DNA of 56,588 nt, filler included, from Bipalium vagum (Eukaryota): assembly GCA_037834085.1 (NCBI GenBank). It is 3 parts of 3 records of this genome, joined end to end, with 100 filler letters (N's around TTAATTAATTAA, not from the genome) between each part and the next. Parts side by side here need not be neighbours in the genome. Positions count along the whole stretch, not along the records: positions 18,258 to 37,421 come from JBBMKC010008585.1; positions 37,522 to 56,588 come from JBBMKC010011889.1; 1 more part is not named here. One strand, given 5' to 3'. The notes beneath the pieces are model-generated. The model was not told where the DNA came from. It saw only the letters and a program-made list of their open reading frames with translations, and made no database searches. Numbering within the stretch: the first letter of the stretch is position 1; the number at the start of each line of letters is the position of its first letter. Positions 36,774 through 48,862 of this stretch are shown here, in pieces. A program made the position numbers and the translations under genes.

Positions 36774-37421
36774 TGTTCTGAACGAAAAATAAATCTTTAA
36801 AAAAATAAATAATATATAATTCACATCAATGCATTTTAAAGGAAATAAAAAAATATATAAATAATAACTGAAGTTAATATATATTAAGAATATAAACAGT
36901 TAATTCGTTCTTCATAACAGTATAAAATATAAAAGGTGAAGATGAAAAATATTTATTTAAACAAATAAAAAATAAATAACATCACTCCACCATTGTACAA
37001 GATTATTGGTATTTCTTCAACCACTCGATTCTCCTTAATTTTGTTCCATCTGGACCATTAAGTTTGATCTGGTGTGACGATATAAATTTGATTATCTTAT
37101 AGGGGTCGTCGTAATGGAATTCATTTTTCCTTCTGTTCTGCGGTTCCCTTCTTACTAAAACTTCTTCACCAATTCTGAATTCTCGATGATCTCTCTTGTC
37201 CTTCTCAAAAACACTCATTTTGTAAGCTGCCAAATCTAAATTCCTCGTCACCTGAGCTGTGATCTCTGTTTCTGGAACGACAGTTCCATTCCTTCCAGAG
37301 TGTAAGTTAACTCTATATCTAAATACAATTTCGAACGGTGAGAGTTTTGTAGTGCTCTGCTGAGTTGCGTTGATACTGAATTCTATTCTTGGAAGTAGTT
37401 CAGACCAGTTTCTTTCTAAAC
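36774..37421 (-). mobile_element. Ty3/Gypsy LTR retrotransposon 3' end (integrase C-terminus, PPT, probable 3' LTR), truncated by the contig end
   Basis: Open frame from the gap to the stop at 37003: NWSELLPRIEFSINATQQSTTKLSPFEIVF...FRIGEEVLVR...KNEFHYDDPYKIIK (GPY/F module). It is followed by the purine tract GGTGGAGTGA and a TGTT...AACA-bounded AT-rich segment at 36981-36774 (the LTR end is tentative). Confidence 0.88.
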
Positions 37422-37521
37422 NNNNNNNNNNNNNNNNNNNNNNNNNNNNNNNNNNNNNNNNNNNNTTAATTAATTAANNNNNNNNNNNNNNNNNNNNNNN
37501 NNNNNNNNNNNNNNNNNNNNN
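37422..37521. other. Artificial contig-joining linker N44-TTAATTAATTAA-N44
   Basis: Identical to 18158-18257. Confidence 0.97.
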
Positions 37522-37871
37522 TTCATATAAATAATATAATATAAATCTAGCTTATATCCGAAGGATTATAAGACTAGCTCGATCTAAAATAATTATTACA
37601 AACATTTGGTTGCGTTATTAAACAGACGTGTCTTGTTAGACAAGACATAGTTTGTACTAAATAAGTAAATAAGTACTCAGGCCAGAACCTGAGGATCATT
37701 TAACGTTTTCGCTCCTATTCCTTATATTTTTTTGTTTGACTGTTCATAATTCGCACGCTAAGTATGGCGGTGAATTATATTTTTATTCTTTATGGAGGAC
37801 CTCTGAGCTTAAGTGCGAGAGGGTTTTTCAAAAAAAAAAGAAAATTATAATTAACAAAATCCTTGGTTATC

Positions 37872-38102
37872 AGTCAAGATCGATGTCATTCGTTATCAAT
37901 CATATAATTGTAAATTTTAGACTTTATTTGAGATCAAATAAAAGTATTAAAGCTTATATCGTTCCTTCAGTAAAGTTCCTTCAGTATCGTTCCTTAATTA
38001 AATAACGAACACAACCTTAAGCAACCTTCAACCGATGAAACCTAAGCCCAAATTAAGCTCCGTGTTTAATATCACTTAACCATCCGTCTTAGGATCTTAA
38101 CA
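37872..38102 (-). mobile_element. Possible solo LTR (231 bp)
   Basis: Inverted termini AGTCAAGATC...GATCTTAACA. The - strand starts TGTTAAGATC and has TATAA, then AATAAA. Short internal repeats (GTTCCTTCAGTA). No clear TSD. Confidence 0.4.
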
Positions 38103-38985
38103 AGTAGATAAGCGGATCAGTGCGTTTAGCACGTGGCGGTACGAGTGATTGTAAAAACTTTTGATGTCTGCCTTATGGCATGAATACCAGGTGTAGTCTG
38201 ACTCTTAGCAGATGGCTTTTGTTTGAATAGACTATTTCAAAGCGACCACCAAGTTTGAAGAAGAGTTCACAATCTAGACCCCAGTGGCCAGTTTTGGAGT
38301 CACTAGCTATACCGGCAGCATTTATCGATGGAATTCCAAATTCTTAGCTTTATATATAAAAATTTCTTCTAAAAGGAAATGGCATGAGTTGTCATTAAAC
38401 AGTTTTTTTACATGTGGAATGAAGATTTACCTTGAATATTTGTACTAATGAATGATTTGAATATTTTATACTATATTAAAAATAAGATACAAAGACGTGT
38501 CTGATGGAATATGGATTTAAAAGGTATGTACTAGTTTGATTCTCAAAAAAATTTTTTTTTACTACAAAAATAAAAAATTATTGTTACTTTAAAAATCGTA
38601 ATTGAAAATAGAATTAAAAGACCTAATTATTTAAATTATAATAATATTATTATTAATAACATCAAAATTAAGAATTTTAATTCTGAGTTTTAAAGTATTT
38701 ATTTATTTTAAATGTTGAAGGTTTGCTTAAAATATTTTTATTTAAATGATATTTAACATAAAAAGAATTATGAAAATCTTTCCTATTATATCTTAAAATA
38801 TGTTTTTAAAACCAATTAAAAATATTAAAGTACCTTTAATGTAAAATATACTTTTTAAAATATAAGTCAAATAATTTATCAATTATTTAATATTTTAATT
38901 GGTATTTCTTTTGTTTTATTATAGTAATTTATTCAAACTAAATAAATATAATAAATAACATATTCTAAATGTTTTAATTTATTTT

Positions 38986-41900
38986 ATGGAAAATTCAAAT
39001 CGGTAAGAAATTTATTATTATATTGTGTAATTAAAGGTATTTAAATTCAAAATTTTAAGTCCTGTTCAAAGAGTAACTCCCATTCGTTCTGAATATCCAA
39101 GTCGTTTGGAGTCTAATTTAAATATACAAAGCTCCAGTAGCTTATCGGAATTTTCTCATTGTATTCAAAATAATTTATCTAATATCAATGTTGAAGAATT
39201 CAAAGTAAACACAAATTCCAATAATGACACTACGTCTAGCCAATCAGCTAATATTATCAATTCTCTTCCATTTCTGCAACAAAATGTTAATATTATGAAT
39301 ATTAATTTACCTAATAATACTACAATTTTGCAAAATGTACCTCAAGATTCAGTATCAATTCAAAACCCAAATTTCAAGCAGCCTTTGTCTAACCAAAAAA
39401 CTTTGATTCAACTTCCTGATGGAAGATTAGTGCAATTTGCTCAAAATTTGCAACAGACCACACAACCAATCCAAACTGCGATCTTAGTTCAAATGCCTTA
39501 CAAAGTCGTTGATCAGAATGTTCAAAAAATCAATCAAAACTCAATTGTAGGTATATTAATATTAAACATCTCTAATTTCATGTTTTTAAAGTTTGTCGGT
39601 CGTTATTATTTTGTAATTTAACAGCTTTTCAATAATTTAATTGATAAATTGCTTTTAACCAATGTCCATTAATCTATTATCAACATTATTATTAATTTTT
39701 TATTTATTCAATTTTCATTCAATATCTTTTTAAAGATACCACAGTTCCCTTTCTTTCTTAATCAAGATGATTTTTGTTTTGAAACAAAACCAACTTTGTA
39801 TCTGTAAGGAAAATTTAGCTCATCATTTCCGTGTTATAACGGGAGAAAAGGCATTAGATCACCCAGTTATATTATGTTATACAAACGAATAAAGAGGCCG
39901 TGATAGAGTTTCGCTATTGTTGAACAATCAATTCTGTTTTAATAATTTTGAATCGTTTAAAAAATTCATTTTTTAGGAAACTTGAAATTGATAAAAAGAA
40001 TCTTAGCCACAAAAGGTGCTTTATTTGTTTTTACCATTCATGTTTTCGTAAAATGTATATCGATTTTGAAAATCGATATTCTTTTGCGAAGAATCAATTA
40101 TAATGCTTACAAACACAAGTGGATTTCTCGTTGTTTCCTTTGTATGAAAACAGTTGTCAACTCTGATAATAATTTCTGCTATTGTCTTAAAAATAAAAAT
40201 CTTTTTTCTCTGTTTCTCTATTAAAAATGGGATAAAATATTCCTGGAATATTGAAGAATTGAAATTCTGTCAAAGATTAAGAACGATTTCACATTATCTA
40301 AAATCAATTTTATGTTTATGATAATATTGATTTTTAAAATTCTGTTTTATAGGTTATTTTTAAATTTATAATTCACTTTTGTATTGATTATTCAAGATAA
40401 ATGTCAATAAAGAAATAATACAGTTTTTATAATTTAAAAATCGATCGACCAAAATTAGAATGTGCTATCAATCTCACTGTTAAAGATCATGTTTTGTTAT
40501 AAATTTTTTTATTCGATTGATATCTCGAGTTCTCAATACGAATTACTACATATTGATTTTGTGATTGTCCTAAATTCTTGGAAAGGATTTTTCCATTTGA
40601 TTAGAAATTTATCGGTATGATAATCATAGGTTCAGAATAAAAAAATATTGTTTTCTTAAACATCTGTAAAGAAATTGTCTCAAAAAAATAAAGAATTTTA
40701 TTTTCAAAGTTCATGTTTCTGTTGTTAACAGTGGTGTTTTTGTTGAGTTTTATTCAATTTTTTAAATTTTGGTTTTATATAGCTTATTTTCTTTAAATAT
40801 CAATAGATTATTTAAAAATTTGAATCATATTTCATTTTTCTATTGATTCATCCAAGAAAACTTTCAGTAAACATCTTATAATTTTAAAATCGATCGGCGA
40901 AATTTGAAATTTTCTAATTAAGTTAAATGGTAAATGAAGATCAATTGGAATCTTATTTTTATTAAGCTCGTTATGATTTGATTGATATTTCGACTTATCA
41001 CGCTTAATCGTACACATTGGTTTTCGTAATTGCTTTGATATCCAATTTTCCAATTTGTCAAAAATTCATCGATGTAATGCTTGATTTTAATTGTTTCAGA
41101 ACAAAAAGTTTTTGTTACCTTCCAAATCTGTAGAGAAATCGCCTCAAAATATCAAATCGATTTCATTGGCTAATGGAAACACGATAAATATCAACAGTGA
41201 TCTGATACTGGCACCATCTATAGACCAGGCATCACAGCAGCTAATGAATGATTACCAGAAAACGATTAAAGATCAACTAAATAGCTCCAATTTCGATCAG
41301 AAATTGATAACCACTCAGACCACTACACTGAATTTAGAAAAGGTTGGTGAATATTGATCAATTGACCGATTTCCCACATTTATGTAATTTTTATGTTTCC
41401 ATTTCAGTACCAGGAAATTTGTGCTCTGCTTCACAACAATAAACTGTTGACTAAATTCAATACGAACGAAGAAACGGTGCTTGTGGAGTTTCGGTTGAAT
41501 CAACAGAAATATCAGTTGAGAATGACCAGAAATCAGAAAGTGGAAATGGAGAAAATATTGATTTCCGTTGGAAATCAGCAAAGGCAAATGGAAATTTTGC
41601 AAGTTTATCAAGCGGAGCAAGTGAGTGAAGTGTTTTGTATGACCAATGGTCTAGAGTTTGAACCATGGTTCTAGTTTATCAATCCCAGTCACCTGTCACT
41701 GTACTCGCTTTTTTCTTTGATGTTTGTGGTTTTCTTGATAATCAAAGTGCCTCCAGTCACAATTTTCTTTCTACTTTCTTTTCTTTTTCTCTCTCTATCA
41801 GCGGTTCGGTTACTTGTAACATCTTGATATTTTAAAAATATTGATTTTTTCTGCTCCCATTGATAATTTTATTTTTAACTTTCGTAACAAAGGAGCACAT

Positions 41901-44005
41901 CAATTGTAAAGTTCCATATAGAGAATTTGGCTTGCCATCTATCATCATATAACAGTTTCAATTTTCATTGGTTCAAGAACCACTGTCAATTAATTTCTGA
42001 GACACATACATAACAGAAACATGCACAAGTGTCAGTATCGAATTACGTAACTTTAGGGTCATGCAGTGGAAATTAATTCTTAGACTCAATTTTTACTTTT
42101 TAGAATTTTCATTATTCAATTTATCGCTTGGATAATATAAAAGTTACCTGGCACAATCTTCATTGTTATTTCTACACAAACCTCCAAAACATTTTAATGT
42201 GTAAAAATATATATTAAATTAATATTTAATATTATATAAAAATTACTCAGTTTAATTTCATTGATATTATAATTTGATGGAAAATTATTTTTCCATGAAA
42301 ATAAATAAATTAGGCTCAAATTACAATTTATGGAAATTATAATTACAGACAATGACCTTGTTTGTCAATATTTGAAAAGTGACACTTGGAAATTTGCGTG
42401 CCGTGCTCATCGATTTTTTTGGAAACGGCTTAGTTTTTTTAAAACTATTGGGAAATAAGATTTCTTTGATAGTTCCGTTATTCATAGTCATTTTTAATTT
42501 GGCTTTTGTCCTTTCCCCCATGTTGTTTTATAGTTATATTTTCTTTGTCAAAAATGAGAAGATGGTATATGATTACAATTAGCTTTCTTTTGTAATTAAA
42601 TTGGCCAAAAAATGAACAATTTTTTTCTGGCAGTATTCATGTCCTGTATTATTCAATTTTATTGAATTTTCATATTTTCAAAATTATATATCAATAATAA
42701 TTAAGTTCATCTTTGGTTCTTATTTTCCCAGTTGCCCTGGTTTTTGAAAGAATGTATTGCTTCGTTTTTCCTACTGTGAAAATGAAAATTTCTGATAATT
42801 TACTGACAATTCTATATTGATTTTAAAAAAATGAGATTCGCAAAATTTTTAAAGATTTGAACTGAAAAATCAGTAAAAATAAAGGCAAAAATTCGATTGT
42901 GTTGGACACTATTGAGACTAAAATGGATTTTTTAAAAAATTTAACATTAAAAAGGTAACAGATTGAATGTATTTATTTTATTGATGATATTTTTCGTTAG
43001 TATATATTCCAATCAATAATTATTAATTATGAAAAATTTATTTTATAATTGAATTTAAATCAATTATAGAAAAGTCAATGTTTCTATTAATTTTTTAACC
43101 ATGAGATTAAATGGAGATTTTGGATTTAAATTAATCAAAAATCAATTTTTATTTAAAATCTAAAGAAAGTGTAAACCGATAACCAAATATTAAAAATTGA
43201 AATTTAGCCAAAAAGATTAAAATCCAACCAAATATTTGTTCAAACTTCTTTTTTATAAAAAACTGGAATATTTCAATTTTCAAAAATTTTAGAACATATA
43301 AATAATTCTCTTGAAAAAATATATTATTATCGAATTTCCAATATTTTTTATTTTGATTGTGCAGCGTAGTTTTTTATGCAATAAAACTAATGATTTTCAC
43401 AAATCACAGTGAACGAATTTTTTATGTTACCTTTGGTTTTTCCAACTTATAAAATTTGAAAATCTTCGTCGTTTTTTTAAAATGTTATTCACTCCCCTCA
43501 TCTGGTCAATACTTCTCATTATAGATTATTTTCAAATGACTTATCAATTACGTCTTTAAATTTGATAACGATTTATGAATGGTATATGATCTTTCCACAA
43601 AAATACGGTAGTATTGATTTATTAAGATAAATATTACGCCATATATGTCGGATGGTAACGGTGGTGGTGACGGTGAAAGTTGTGCGAGCGTTGATTTAAA
43701 TGACCTTGCTCTATTATTAATATCAATAAATCAGTATATATGTATATATAGTTCAACCGGTTTTATTACTTGAAAATATTCTTACAACAATATAAAATAA
43801 TAGTAAAATGAAAAACTGCATAAAAAGTTTTTTTATCAAATAGAAATTTACCACTTACCATCGACATACTTCTGTGCGTGGTTGTGAACAAAACAATCAA
43901 TTGAATATTCTAGATACACAGGAGTCTACTAGATTTTTACAATTGCAAAGTTCTCTCAAAATTACGACAATTATTTTTTTCAATTTTATTTATTTTATAA
44001 ATGAT

Positions 44006-44050
<45 letters not shown>

Positions 44051-47000
44051 GAAATTAATAATTACAAAAAATATTTAACAATTGTTAGTAATAGACCTTA
44101 CAAAAATAATATAGATGATCATAATAGTAGCAAACTCAACATATTTTTATGGCAGTTAAAGTGAAAAACTACTTACATCCCATTTCTTGGCTTCTAGCTC
44201 ATTTTTATTTGACTTTATATTCTTGATAACTTTTGTTGACATTTAAATTAGTTTAATTCTCAAATGAAAACGCCGAATAAGGTGTATAATATTGATTTCC
44301 TTTATTGTATATTTATTACATATTTATTTTGTTTTTTCTATTAGGTGTCCAAATAAGTTCTTACCGATTTTATTAAATTGACGTTTCATGAAATATTTTA
44401 TTATTATTACTCAGAAAATCAATTTTTTTATTAGATTAAATTCAATCAAGTGTGTAATTTGATTTTTCAAATATTTTTAAGTCATATTTAAAGTTTTTCA
44501 GCAGTCAAAATGGCGATCAATAAGAAAAAAGGTTTTTTTAATGAAAATGGCATTATTTTGTTGCAAGACCGTTGGGAAAAAGTCATACAATTTCATGGAT
44601 CATATTTTGATTAATAGATATACCTAAAATTAAAAATGTTGACTTTTACTTTTATAAAAAAATTCGGCAAGAACTTATTTGGACACCTAATAATATTGAT
44701 TATCAATAATTTTAAAAGTGAATGAAGTTTTAACCATATCTAAATGTCTTCTATTTTTTGAAAATGACAATTAATCAACTGCTAACTAAAACCACAATAC
44801 TCCACCCCAATCAGTATTTTGATTGATTATTACAAAATCTAATCAATTAAGCGCAAGATGATGCAACAGAGGCCATCGTTAGTTCTCAATCAAATATTAA
44901 ATCAGCCAGCACCGAATATTGTCTGCAATAAGCCGCCAATCCAAGGTTTGAACATTGCAAAACAAGTCTATCCCATCAATTCCGTGCTGTTGACCGTTCC
45001 TCAAAACCAGTTTTGTGACGCCAATTTAGTCCAATCATCTAACGTGATTAATCAATCGAAAAATATCGCAATCCAACCAACAGGTAAAGTGAACCTTTCT
45101 TGTTGGATTTTAATAATAAATCGATACAAATGAAAATTAATCTCAAAAAAGCCCCTTTCCATTTGATTATTACTTTATAGCGTGGAATTACAGCTCCAAT
45201 CATGTACCAATTTTTGCTGATGAATTTTAATTATGGATTATTTTTGTTTCTTATTGATTGGAAGTGAAAGTACCGTTATGGATTTTTATTTATATTTTTC
45301 TTTCTGTAACACTGAAATGAAAAAGAGTTACTACTGTTTTTTCTTTGTTTTTAACTTAATAAAGAAACTGAAAGTTTAAATTTAATGATTCACTGTATTG
45401 TTCATAATTATAACCATTATTATTCTTCTGCTAGACAGTGGCAGTCATGGTTACTAATGGGAAACTCTTTAAATTTGGATTGTACATTAAATTATCTGGA
45501 TATCTAAAATAAAACCCAGTAATTATCAATTAATAATAATAATAACATTCATGTTAATTTTATTGTATTAATAATAATAATAATAATAATTTTTTGCATT
45601 TCTTAAATTATTAATAGTAATTTACTTTAAATATTTTTAATCTTTTTGTCATTTGTATTTATATTTAATATTATATTTATATTTGGGTTTATATTTGGAT
45701 TGGTATTTCCTTTTGATTATTTTTAAAAGAATAATAATAATAGTAATAATAAAATTACTTAATATTATTTATTTTAATTATTAATAAATATTTTTTATAA
45801 TAATAATTATTATTAAATTATTATTATCATTAATTTTATAACTGCTATTAATTTAATCAATATTTTTTCAATGTTACTAATTATTATTATTTTCATTTAT
45901 TTTAATTAATTAATATATTTTAAAAATTTTAGTATTTACGACTATTACATAATTGATATATTTTAAAAATAATTTTAATTTATTAATTTTATTAAAAATA
46001 TTGAAACATAATAACAATTTTTTTGTTATAGTTAATGTTTATATTGAGTTTTATTTTAATATATAAGCTGTTTAAAACAATGGAAAATTGTTTTCCAAAA
46101 TAATTATATTTGTTAAATTTAATTGTAAATTATTGTTTTTTTAAAGAAACTGTAATTGTGTTGTCAATAAATTTATTTCTTTTAAATAATCTCAATGTGA
46201 AATATATGCAATAATCAATTTTCAAGAATCTATTGACTTTTGAATAAAAGGATATCTGATAATTTTCTATTAAAGATATTTACAACTATTAATAGATTTT
46301 TGTTTTAAAAGATGTCGGTAGTTATATTGTTAATCACTATTTCAAAGCTATTTTTAAATAATAATCATTATAATGTCAATTTTTTAAAATCTAATTTATT
46401 AAATATCAACTTTAGTTTAATTTTTACTAATTACTAAAATTTTCTATTTTTAATTTTTTAATATTTTCAAAAATAAATGAAAACAAGTAAATTAAATTTT
46501 CGATTTTAAATTAAAAATCATTATTAGTATAAATATTTCTTCATATTTAATTGATTTTTTAAAAAAATATTATCTGCTTATCAAAAAATGTGAAATTCTC
46601 CCACGAGAAAACTAATTTGCAGATGTGCTACGAAAAAGTACTATTACCAGGAAATTTATTCAATAAAAAATAAATTTAAATAAGAAATGACTGAGCTACA
46701 GATTTCCCACAATTGTGGTTTAAACTTCTCATACTGAGTTTAATAATTCAAATCAGAAGTATTGAAAACTTTCTTCATCACATTATAAAATCGAAAGATA
46801 TTCTTCTTTGATCTGATTTAAAAATTGTCACTTGTAAGCAACAGTAAAATAAAAATTCTAAATAATAACATTAATTTCAATATACGAGCATATAATATCT
46901 TTCTATCTCTCAGTCAGTAATAATAGAATGGGATAGAATTGAAATGTGTTGCACAATTATTTACCATAAAAGTGCTAGTTATATTTTGTGATTTAATATC

Positions 47001-48819
47001 AGAAATGTATTGATTTTCAGGCATTTTTAAATTTCATCAACTTGACATGATTATTGAAGTTGTCTAGATCGCTCAAGAATATTTCTTTTCTCCACATTTA
47101 ATAATAGTTCAGTTATTCTTTCACAATTGCTCGATCTCTTTTTCTGAAGCTTTTTTTAAAAATTGAAAATAAAAAATGTTTATTTTTGATTTTAGTATAA
47201 CCATGATATCAGCCAATTAAATTATTGTGGGTCTTATCAAATTAGAAACTATCGATGCTTAGTATTATATGACATACGATTGTTTTATTAATTATCTGTA
47301 TTATTTTCATTTTTAATCAATCTATTTTTACGATATTATCTTTCGTCTTTTTTCTGATTTAGAAAGATTTTTTGATTAGTGAAATTTTAGAATTTGGAAA
47401 TATGAATATAAAAGACGAGGAATTTACATGATTAAAAAGTTTTGTCGATAAACTATTATTTTAATTTCTTTTACTCCAACGCATTTCTATAGCTTCTCCA
47501 GGTACAAATGGAATCATCCTCGCTACACGGTTACCTATTACTCAACAAACCAACAATACCAGCAACATATTGTCTTCGTCCTCTATAATTCGAGATTGCA
47601 ACAAAAAGACATTGATTCGTCAAAAGAGAAATGTGAAAACCCCCAACACGATAACACTGGCAACAGCGGCACCAACATCAGCAGCGACAACACAACAACC
47701 GGTAAATGCATTGTTCCGAGGCGAATTTCTTCCCAATGCCAATGCAAACAATGAAATGAAGCCGGCCAGATCACGTCGCTATAACAACATGCGAAAAGTA
47801 CTGCTTGACAGTCACAAAGCTGTACTGATGCCAGATTATTTGACACCATTCACGGACATGACGGACGCTGTTCAAAGACTGTTACCATATCACATCTTCG
47901 AGGAAAGCAAGGATGTCAAAACCACCGAAGGTTTTTAACATTTGATTTTTTTCACCAATCAAATCGTGTTGTATTTACAATTTTCAGTGGATAAAATTCT
48001 TGACAACGCTTTCAGCGAATTGAACAAGAAATGTGCCAACTTGAAAAGAATCACTTCTGCTCTTTCGATGAATATATTATTAGTAAGATGATTTACCATG
48101 TTTTTATTGATTTAAAATTGCATTATTCTCTTAAAATAATATTTTTAAAATTATCAATTTCGCATTAATTTATATTTTTTATCGTTTTTTATTATTTTAA
48201 ACAATTCCAATCAATTTTGTTTACATTTCAATGTTTGAAAATTAAATATTAATTCTTAAAATTAATTTTTTTTAATATAATATTGATTAATAAATTATTA
48301 TAATCAATTGTGAAAATAGAGAAAAATAATCAATGTGATTATTGATTGTATTCTTGTTTTTCAATTTGTGCAATACAATGGGTGTCAACAATTTTGAAAA
48401 ATTTAAAGATTTTTATATTTTTTTAAAATTTTACACTCCGTGATAAAATTAAGTAATTTAATTATTTCCAAAAAACACTACAAGTTTTTGGATTATAACT
48501 TTTTAAAAATTCGAATTGTTACTATGCAAATGTATAAGTTCTTTGTCTTTTTAAGAGGAGATATACTTAAGGTACACTTAATTGTCTAATTTTAATCATC
48601 AAAATAAGAATATTTTAAAATTATCATCTTTTACCATTGGACAATTAATAAATGAATAATATTTATGAAAAGAAACGAATATTTTAACTCATCAATGAAT
48701 TTTAGCATTCCCAGGTGTTCTGACGAGTTTTGGTTGCAAAGAAAATGCTGTACAGGTCTGAGAATATAATCTTCAGAAATTCTAATGGAAAATCCATGTA
48801 ACGTTTTCCACAAATCGAA

Positions 48820-48862
<43 letters not shown>

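Noticed and set aside
37628-37652. Hairpin TGTCTTGT-TAG-ACAAGACA as a Helitron 3' end or terminator
   Set aside because: An 8-bp AT-rich stem with no CTAG terminus; too weak on its own.
41315-41666. Minus-strand ORFs 41315-41620 and 41457-41666 (also 11916-12122, 47583-47849, 53861-54085)
   Set aside because: Antisense shadows of real + strand exons.
43874-44164. ORF with a poly-Ile hydrophobic run
   Set aside because: It is the translation of the (AAT)12 microsatellite in an intron.
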